Source: a virus. Taken from it: a stretch of 64,000 bases of DNA. The DNA lies in IMG/VR virus record IMGVR_UViG_3300025000_001646, positions 1-64,000 of that record; one strand, written 5' to 3'. Position 1 is the stretch's first letter. Every line of letters starts with the position of its first letter. The notes beneath the pieces are model-generated. The model was not told where the DNA came from, ran no database searches, and worked only from the letters and a program-made list of their open reading frames with translations. The position numbers and the translations under genes were made by a program. Shown piece after piece: positions 56,371 through 64,000 of the stretch.

Positions 56371-57142
56371 GATTATTGGTTGCCATAATGCAATGACGGC
56401 TATATTATGAGAAGAGGCTTGATTTGATATGCTTTGGGCTTCTTGATTCGAGATTTGCACTTCTAAATGAATACCAGACAAGGATATACTTACTCAAACA
56501 GAATTTCTTGATGCTTTTAGAGAAATTAAAAACTCAGTTAAAATACCAGTAATTATAGATGCTGATACTGGTGGGACTTTAGAACAACTTAAAAGAATGA
56601 TTACTTTTTATAATCAAATTTGAATAGATTGAATATGTATAGAAGACAAGAAATTTCCAAAGACTAATAGTTTTATTGAAAAATGACAAGAACTTGAAGA
56701 AATAGATTTGTTTTGTAAAAAAATAAAGTTATTGAGCAAAGAATTTTCTGGAATGATTTTTGCTAGAATAGAAGCACTTATTGCTGGAAAATGAGAAGAT
56801 GAAGCTATAAAAAGAGCTAAGGAATATATAAAAGCTGGTGCTAATGTTATTTTAATTCATTCAAAAAGCGAAACTCCAGATGAAATAGTCTCTTTTTGCA
56901 GAAGGTATAAGAAGGAATGACTTACTATTCCTATTGCAATTATTCCAACAAAATATACAAGTTTTACTGAAAATTACATAAAAAAATACCCTCAAATTAA
57001 ATATGTTATTTATGCTAATCAATGAATAAGATCTTCAATAAAAGCAATAAAAGAAACTTATAAAAAGATTTTAAAAGATTGAGGCGTAAATAATTTAAAT
57101 ATTTCTACTCTTGATGACTGTTTTAAAATACAATGATTATAG
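56363..57142 (+). CDS. aepX: Phosphoenolpyruvate mutase; TGA=Gly
   Basis: LWAS(TGA)F, DADTG, diagnostic EDKKFPKTNS, ARIEALIAG, LIHSK, IYANQ. Confidence 0.92.
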
Positions 57143-57438
57143 GCGTTCCATATTCTGGCTGTGATTTTAAAGACGCTATTTATTTTCCTAGAGAAAATAG
57201 TGCTTTAGGTTATGCTATTTGAGCTAGACTAGCTTGAAAGGATGTTACTGTATTTATGCAAAACTCTTGATTATGGCATATATGAGATTTATTTTCCTCT
57301 TTCTTAATTCCTAGCAAACTTAAATGAATAAAATTTATTATTAACAACAGAAAAGAGCCAGAGCATCACAAGCATTCTTTTGAAAATATAAATAATCTCT
57401 TAAAAATTTATGGAATTGAAAATGCCGAACTTAACTAG
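57133..57438 (+). CDS. Phosphonopyruvate decarboxylase alpha subunit (split, ComD-like); TGA=Gly
   Basis: GVPYS...RENSALGYAI(TGA)ARLA(TGA)K...FMQNS(TGA)L...EPEHH. Confidence 0.8.
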
Positions 57439-57889
57439 AAGCACAGCTATATTGTCTATTGCAAAATTAAAATATGATGAACCATTAGTTATAGCATCAA
57501 CTTGATTAAATTCAAAAGCTCTTTATTCTTTAGGTCATCGAGACAGATTTTTATATAATAGATGAGCATATTGAGAAACTTGAATAATAGCATTAGGTAT
57601 TGCCGAGAATACTAATAAAGAAGTAGTAGTAATTGATTGAGACGGTAGTTTTCTGGCTTGATTTGCTAATTACCCGATTATATTAGAAAGGAAGCCTAAA
57701 AATTTGCATTATTATATTTTAAGAAACTGAAAAACACAGACTACTTGATGACAACCTCTTATACAATTTCCTAAATTAGACAAATACTTTACTATTTTTG
57801 ATATAGACGAAGACGACAGAAAGCCTCAAAACATAGAAATTACTATTGAAGAAAATGTAAAATCTTTTATGGAATATTTAAAATCTTAA
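57422..57889 (+). CDS. Phosphonopyruvate decarboxylase beta subunit (TPP-binding, ComE-like); TGA=Gly
   Basis: IAST(TGA), ALGIA, VID(TGA)DGS, N(TGA)KTQTT(TGA)(TGA)QP. Confidence 0.82.
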
Positions 57890-57898
57890 TTTTATTTT

Positions 57899-58336
57899 AT
57901 GATTAACGGTGTAAAAATTATTGACGTTAATAGATTCTGGGATGACAGATGATTTTTTGCAGAGGTATGGAGGAAGTCTCAACAATGAGAAATGGCTCAA
58001 ATGTCTTTCACTAAAACTTACCCTTGAGTTGTCAAGGCTTTTCACTACCACGAAAAACAAGATGATTTATGGTTTTGTGTAGAAGGAAATCTAAGAGTAG
58101 TTTTAAAAGACCTTAGAGAAGACTCTCCTACTTTTAATGAAGTGCAAACTATTTATATTGGTGAAAAATCTCAAGCAGTTTATATTCCTAAAATGGTAGC
58201 TCACGGTTATAAAGTTATGGGAGAAAAGCCAGCTAAACTTATTTATTTGACAACACAAGAATATGATGTAAAAAATCCAGACGAGAAAAGAATACCTTAT
58301 GACGAATTTTATGATTGGAAAACAGTTTTTAAGTAA
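57899..58336 (+). CDS. rmlC: dTDP-4-dehydrorhamnose 3,5-epimerase; TGA=Gly
   Basis: DDR(TGA)FFAE, P(TGA)VVKAFHYH, DLREDSPTF, IPKMVAHGY. Confidence 0.88.
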
Positions 58337-58344
58337 AAAATCTA

Positions 58345-58373
58345 TTGTTTTTATAAATTACTATTGGTAGAAT
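58345..58373 (+). promoter_or_regulatory. Promoter of the tRNA gene
   Basis: TTGTTT-17 bp-TAGAAT with TG extension, 12 nt upstream of the tRNA. Confidence 0.55.
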
Positions 58374-58385
58374 AATTATAGATAT

Positions 58386-58460
58386 GCGGGGATGAGGTAA
58401 AGTCTAGCCTGAATCGCTTCAACCGATTAAGTAGGGGATAGTCTCCCCTTCTCCGCTCCA
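58386..58460 (+). tRNA. tRNA-Gly(UCA), TGA-decoding
   Basis: Full cloverleaf: GCGGGGA/TCTCCGC, AGGT/GCCT, AATCG-CT TCA AC-CGATT, 4-nt variable loop, AGGGG/CCCCT, U73, encoded CCA; anticodon 58419-58421. Confidence 0.88.
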
Positions 58461-58475
58461 ATAATTTTTATTTTT

Positions 58476-59357
58476 ATGGGATCATCAAAGCACGGATTAA
58501 AGCCAAATCAAATATCAGTAAAAAGAAAAAGCACTAAAGTAAAAGGTGTTTCTCGTTTAAATCATTGGTCTACTATTTCAAAAATGAATATTGAAGATAA
58601 GAAAGTAAATGGTTATGTAACTAATATAACTAATATAAAAGGAAATACATTTTGGTGGTATTCTAAAGGAAGAAAAACTTGTTTAGACACAGGACTTAAA
58701 TGTGATCCAGATGGTTATAATAGATGGAATACTTATGAAAATCACCTAATAAGAAAAAAGAGATTTAAAAATCGTGTCAGAAAAAATACTATTTAATTTT
58801 ATATTTTTATGGCTCAACACATTGGAATGATATTGGAAGATGAAGATGGAAAATTAATTAAAGACTCTAAATTAAATTTTCAAGATGTTTTAGATAAATG
58901 TGATGTTAGTGATAATGAATGGTTAGGCACAATAGATGAATATGGAAATACTGTATTTAATAATATTCAAATACCTATAATAATTAATGAATTAAAAGAA
59001 TTACCAGTAGAAGAAGAAAATTATACATTAATTAATAAATTTATAAAATTTTTAGAGCAAGCAGAGGATCACGAATATATAAAATTTATTGGAGATTAAC
59101 TTTTAATTTATATGATTATAGAAATACCAGATATAAAAGACCGTAATGGAAAAACAGTAAGAATGGGAGATGTTATATATTTTCCAGAACAAAGTCTTCA
59201 CAATACATTGGTTAGATGGGATGAGGAAGAATTTTGTTTAGTACCTTTTAATTATAAATATTATTATTATAAAGACCAAGAAACTGGAAAAATGTGTCCT
59301 TTTGAAATAGTAGGAAATATAAAAGAAGAACCAAATTTACAATATGGAAGAGATTAA
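58476..59357 (+). other. Three small TGA-free genes (58476-58796, 58809-59099, YopX-like 59112-59357)
   Basis: ORF track; KDRNGKTVRMGDVI...EIVGNI in the third. Confidence 0.65.
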
Positions 59358-59376
59358 TATTTAATTTTATTTTACC

Positions 59377-59562
59377 ATGCCAATAATGCCTTGTGTAAGC
59401 GAAAAAAAGAAAGGTTTTAAATATTGAGAAACTTGAAATTGTTATACCTATGAAGAAGGTAATAAAACTAGTGAAGAAAATGCTAGAGAACAAGCAATCA
59501 AGCAATGACAAGCTATTGAGATTAGCAGACTTAAAAAATATAAAATAACCATTAAAAAATAA
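59377..59562 (+). CDS. Small phage protein; TGA=Gly
   Basis: MPIMPC...KGFKY(TGA)ET(TGA)NCYTY...AIKQ(TGA)QAI. Confidence 0.65.
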
Positions 59563-60279
59563 ATGAAAAAATTTATAATAATATTAAAGGATTTATGAAT
59601 GGGATTATTGATTGCTGGTGTAATTATTTTAGCTTTATTAATTCCTAGCTTTTTGTTAATGATTTCTTGGAATTTAGGATTGGCAACTTTATTCACTAGC
59701 TTACCTAAAATGAATTTAATACAAGCAATTTTTATTGGAGGATTTTTCCATATTTTGACTTATAAATCAACTATTACAAAAACTGAAATTAAAGATATAT
59801 TTAAAAAATAATGATTAATAATGAAATTTATAACGAATTTTTAAATGATAATAACTTATATGAATTTAAAGATAAAACAGGTAAAAAATTTACTTTAGAT
59901 TTAAAAAATATTCATATAATAGAAAAAGTAAATAGTGGAATAGGAGATGAAGGATATGATGATAATAATTATTCTCTATATATAGTTAATAAAAAGAATA
60001 AAAACAATCCTTTATTTCCAAATTTCTTAAAAGATGAAAAAGAAAGAGATAGAATATTCGATGAAATAATAAATACAAAACTTAATCAAGAAGTAAAACA
60101 ATTTAAAAAATAATTTTATATATTTTATGAATACAGACATTGAAAACTGATTCATTCCAGAACAAACAAAAACAGAAACCAATCCAGATGGTGAGAGAAT
60201 AGAAGATTATATTGTAAATCAATTGGCCAGAATAGAGCATCTATTAATAACATTATTAGAGCAATGAAAAAAATCTTAG
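59563..60279 (+). other. Membrane protein (to 59811), hypothetical 59811-60113 and small recoded ORF 60127-60279
   Basis: ORF track plus manual reading. Confidence 0.55.
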
Positions 60280-61079
60280 TTTTTGGTGCTAATGGGATGC
60301 TAGGGAAAGACTTGGTAAAAATAGATTGATTTAAAATTTACCCAGACTATAAAACAGACATTACTAATTGATTACAAGTATTTATAAAGACTTTATTGGT
60401 TAGACCAGATTACATAATTAATTGTGCCGCTTATACTGATGTTGATTGAGCCGAGAATGATGACAATGTTTGAAAATGCTGGAGTGTTAATTCTTGTAGT
60501 AAATTGGTCGGTATATGTAAACTTTTTAATACACCTCTTGTAGCATTTTCTACTGATTATGTTTTTAATTGAAAGAAAAAAGAAGGCTATTCAGAAGACG
60601 AAAAACTTCATAATAATAGACCTCTTGAAATATATTGAATGAGTAAATGGATAATGGAATTTAACATATTAAAAAATCTCAAGAAATATTATATTATTAG
60701 GATTTCATCTCTTTTCGGGAAAAATGGTAAGAATTTCGTAGACTTAATCTTAAATTATGAGAAAGAAATAAACGTGCTTTGAAATAATAAAATGAAACCT
60801 ACTTATACAGTAGATTTAGCAGAGAATGTTAAAAAACTTTTACAACTAGAATATCCTTATTGAACATACCACTTCACAAACGAATGAGCTTGCTCTTGGT
60901 ATGAATTTGCTAAAGAAATAAATAAATACAGAACACAACCAATCAAAATAAACAAGGTAGATGAATTTAAAAGACCAGCCGAGAGACCTCAATATTCTGA
61001 ATTGATTAATAATTCACCTTTAAAAATGAGGCACTGGAAAGAATCTCTCAAAGATTATATTTCTAACATTAAAAAGTAA
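60264..61079 (+). CDS. rmlD: dTDP-4-dehydrorhamnose reductase; TGA=Gly
   Basis: VFGANGMLG, INCAAYTDVD(TGA)AE, STDYVFN(TGA), Y(TGA)MSK, PTYTVDLA, AERPQYS. Confidence 0.9.
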
Positions 61080-61697
61080 ATGACAGAAGAATTTATTCAG
61101 TCTATTAATTGGCACAAAGGCGACCCTATAATAATTAATCCCCTAAAAGATGATCCAGCTATTCCTAATAATCAAGAAGGCTCTTTTTGTGTTGATTTAG
61201 GTTGTGGTAAGAATAAAAGAGAAGGATTTATTGGAGTAGATCAAGCTCCAGACGGAGTAGGCGATATTCAAATCAGACTTGATATATTAAACGACAAATT
61301 ACCTTTCGAAGATAGTTCTGTTGACTGTCTTTTTGCATCACATATAGTCGAACATATAGGCGAAGGCAAAATGATTGCTTTTATGGATGAGTGTTATAGG
61401 GTATTAAAACCTTATGGACTTTTTGAAATTATAGCTCCAGTTTACAATTCTAGTGATGCTTATAGACACCCAGATCATAAGAGATTTATTCATCCAGAAC
61501 TTTGGGGATTTTGGGATCCAGCTAACTGTCAAGAAGACAGAGAATGTTATGGAGTAAAAGCTAAATTCACTCTCGCTATTAATGAAGAAGAAAGAATATT
61601 TGGAGACAGTGAAGAGCCAATGATACTTAGAAAATGTCAGCCTATGAACTTTGTATATAAGAATGGCAATTTTGTTACTCTAGTAGCTATTAAATAA
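61080..61697 (+). CDS. Class I SAM-dependent methyltransferase
   Basis: DLGCG...LPFEDSSVD...HIVEH...RVLKPYG; TGA-free. Confidence 0.85.
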   Translation: MTEEFIQSINWHKGDPIIINPLKDDPAIPNNQEGSFCVDLGCGKNKREGFIGVDQAPDGVGDIQIRLDILNDKLPFEDSSVDCLFASHIVEHIGEGKMIAFMDECYRVLKPYGLFEIIAPVYNSSDAYRHPDHKRFIHPELWGFWDPANCQEDRECYGVKAKFTLAINEEERIFGDSEEPMILRKCQPMNFVYKNGNFVTLVAIK

Positions 61698-61709
61698 TTT
61701 TACATTAAA

Positions 61710-62243
61710 ATGAAATTTCTAACTCCTAAAAATAAACCAAAAGAAGTAAAAAGAATCAAACCAAATAGCAAGAATTATGTAATGAATATTACTGGAGAAA
61801 TAAGTGAAAATACCTTTGTAGATTGGAGATTTGCAGAAAAAGACAACGATTTAGTTTTCAATATAAATTCTTATGGTGGAGATTTAACAACAGCAATGAA
61901 TATATATGAAAGAATGAGAAAAGAAAAAAGAAAAAAAATATGCAAATCTTTTGGAGGAGTAGAGTCTGCCGCTATAAATATTTTTGTAGCAGGAGATGAA
62001 AGAATAGCAGGAATAAACGATGTTTTTATGATTCATAATGGAAAAGTAAATAACAAGACAATAGATGAATTACAATTTTTTATGGATTATGCAAATAGAT
62101 GTTCTGTAATAATAAGCAAAAGACTTTCTGACATAAGTATTAGACCTTTTGAGTTTTGGATGGACTTATTCACTAATGGAAAGAATAACTACTTCACAGG
62201 ACAGGAGATGTACGATTTAGGTGTAGTTACAGAGCTTATATAG
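61710..62243 (+). CDS. ClpP-like protease
   Basis: INSYGGD, ESAA, FMIH. Confidence 0.75.
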   Translation: MKFLTPKNKPKEVKRIKPNSKNYVMNITGEISENTFVDWRFAEKDNDLVFNINSYGGDLTTAMNIYERMRKEKRKKICKSFGGVESAAINIFVAGDERIAGINDVFMIHNGKVNNKTIDELQFFMDYANRCSVIISKRLSDISIRPFEFWMDLFTNGKNNYFTGQEMYDLGVVTELI

Positions 62244-62352
62244 ACAAGAATAAAAATTATGACGTAATAAGAAGTTGGTAGTACAAAGTATTAAAACAGT
62301 ATTTTTGCATTAATCAAGTTTTTTTTAATAAATATTAACTTTTTTTAATAAA

Positions 62353-62876
62353 ATGAATAAATTTGAAACAATAAGATATAAAATATATTATTGTTTTTTA
62401 AAAAAATCAAGAATATGGACTTATTTTAGAGAAGAATTTTTAAATAATTTATTATTTGAATTAGAAAGATTTGACATTGATAAAGAAAGTATTATTAAAA
62501 AATATAAAGATGAATTAATTAAAATAAGAAAAATAAACAAAAATTTATAATATGATTTTTTAATAAAATGACGAAAAAATCATTCAAAAATCTAATGGAA
62601 AAATTCATTGAGATTAAAGAAAATGTAGAAAATGTAAATAAAGCATTGAAAGTATTCGAGCCAGACTTTAATTACCTTTGCTTTAGTAAATACGAATATA
62701 TATTTTTAGACGCTCTAAAAGAAGCTATGAATGATGAGTATGACTGGATTGATTATTTCATATACGAATTAAATTTCGGGAAAAAAGCTAAAAAAGATTC
62801 TGTTACAGAAAAAGGCAAGAATATTCCTATTAAGACAATAGACAACCTTTATAATTTAATCACTAAAAATAAATGA
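62353..62876 (+). other. Two hypothetical genes (62353-62550, 62568-62876)
   Basis: ORF track. Confidence 0.6.
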
Positions 62877-63577
62877 AAATAAAATTTGCTTCTCTGGTAA
62901 TTCTTTCATTCAATCGTAGAAAGATGATGGAAAGATCACTTAATTCTTTATTCGCTAATACTACATTTCCCTATGAATTAATCGTTGTAGATGACGGTAG
63001 TCACGATGATGATACTGTAGACTACTTAATGAGACTTTATAGACTTGGAAAGATTTCAACTCTTATTCTTAATGGAGGAAAGAATATGGGCGTAGGTGTA
63101 GGAATAAATAGAGGATTTGATATTGCTCACGGAGACATTGTCTTGAAATTAGATGCCGACCTTGAATATGCTCCTGGTTGGTTAGAGAAGACAGTTAAGA
63201 TTATGGAGACATTTCCAGAAATAGGGGTAATGGGATTATTTAAATACTTCCACGAACCAGTAGACCATAGAAAAATGTTTATTAGAAGAGAAGAAAGAGA
63301 CGGAGTAGCTGTAGAAGTACATCAAGATTTCGTTGGCAGTGCTATGGTAATTACTAAAGAACTTTACAATAAGAAAGGAAAGTTTGGAGAATTTAGTGCG
63401 GCTTTTGCTGAAGACACTATTTGGAAAATGGCAAGAAAATCAGAAGGCTACTGGTTAGCTCTTCCAGAAGAAGACTTGGTTTATAACTTTGGCTTTGGTA
63501 GGATTACTTCAATTCTAGTTAATAACGATGGTACTGTTAGGGACATCGCTCAAGAACCTTTAATCTTTAATAAATAA
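62873..63577 (+). CDS. Glycosyltransferase family 2 (TGA-free)
   Basis: VILSFNR...VVDDGS...KLDAD. Confidence 0.9.
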   Translation: MKIKFASLVILSFNRRKMMERSLNSLFANTTFPYELIVVDDGSHDDDTVDYLMRLYRLGKISTLILNGGKNMGVGVGINRGFDIAHGDIVLKLDADLEYAPGWLEKTVKIMETFPEIGVMGLFKYFHEPVDHRKMFIRREERDGVAVEVHQDFVGSAMVITKELYNKKGKFGEFSAAFAEDTIWKMARKSEGYWLALPEEDLVYNFGFGRITSILVNNDGTVRDIAQEPLIFNK

Positions 63578-63580
63578 ATT

Positions 63581-63883
63581 ATGTTATATTATAATTTCGT
63601 TTTAATCGGTTGTGAAAACATAATAGAGATTGATATTTATAACTTTTTAAAAGAAAATAATTTTGAAGTTGTTAAAACAAAATTTGAAAGTACAATGGAA
63701 GAAAATAAACAAAACTATTTTATAGAATTTAAAGGAGAAAATGCTATACGAGAAAATTTCAAAAATTTAAAAACTAACGCAAGATTTATTATGGATTTTG
63801 AAGGTAAGGTAGAGGAAGAAGAAAAAGAAGGATGGATTATTAAAGGTCAAAAAATGTTATTCAGAGAATTAATTAATCAATAA
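63581..63883 (+). CDS. Hypothetical protein
   Basis: ORF track. Confidence 0.55.
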   Translation: MLYYNFVLIGCENIIEIDIYNFLKENNFEVVKTKFESTMEENKQNYFIEFKGENAIRENFKNLKTNARFIMDFEGKVEEEEKEGWIIKGQKMLFRELINQ

Positions 63884-63884
63884 T

Positions 63885-64000
63885 ATGAGAATTGCAGTAA
63901 TATGAGCATTTTCTACTTGAAAAACTACTTATGTTGAAAACTATAAAGGAAAAGAATTAAAAGCTATTAATCTTGAAAGATGATTTAATTCTCAAGAAGA
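63885..64000 (+). CDS. P-loop NTPase/kinase (3' partial); TGA=Gly
   Basis: MRIAVI(TGA)AFST(TGA)KTT = Walker A GxxxxGKT. Confidence 0.75.

Noticed and set aside
58386-58460. tRNA-Sec or tRNA-Trp(UCA)
   Set aside because: No long variable arm, a 7-bp acceptor stem, U73 and a GCG start match tRNA-Gly.

Overview
AT-rich tailed-phage (Caudoviricetes-like) genome segment in which TGA codes for glycine (code-25-like) in a large subset of genes, which is why the supplied ORF track is fragmented at about 0-28 kb and 53-61 kb. Re-read with TGA=Gly, the window holds five blocks. (1) A Mu-like head module: portal fused to a gpF/gp7 domain, a ~1776-aa fibre with an S74 chaperone, a double prohead protease/scaffold, a cement protein and a gpT capsid. 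(2) A ~12-kb glycosyltransferase/NDP-sugar operon. (3) A ~24-kb early/replication region under repeated strong sigma70-type promoters; almost none of its genes has an internal TGA and several end in TGA. (4) A heavily recoded M23 lysis cassette. (5) A complete phosphonate (PEP mutase to hydroxyethylphosphonate) operon, plus rmlC and rmlD. The phage encodes a non-canonical tRNA with anticodon UCA and glycine identity elements (58386-58460), which suggests a phage-driven switch of TGA from stop to Gly for late genes. A second candidate system is a stand-alone Cas7/RAMP-like gene (46432-46974) flanked by three arrays of 5-nt TT-NNN units, two of them separated by hairpins, with no CRISPR array or other cas gene. 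All calls come from manual motif reading; no database searches were run.
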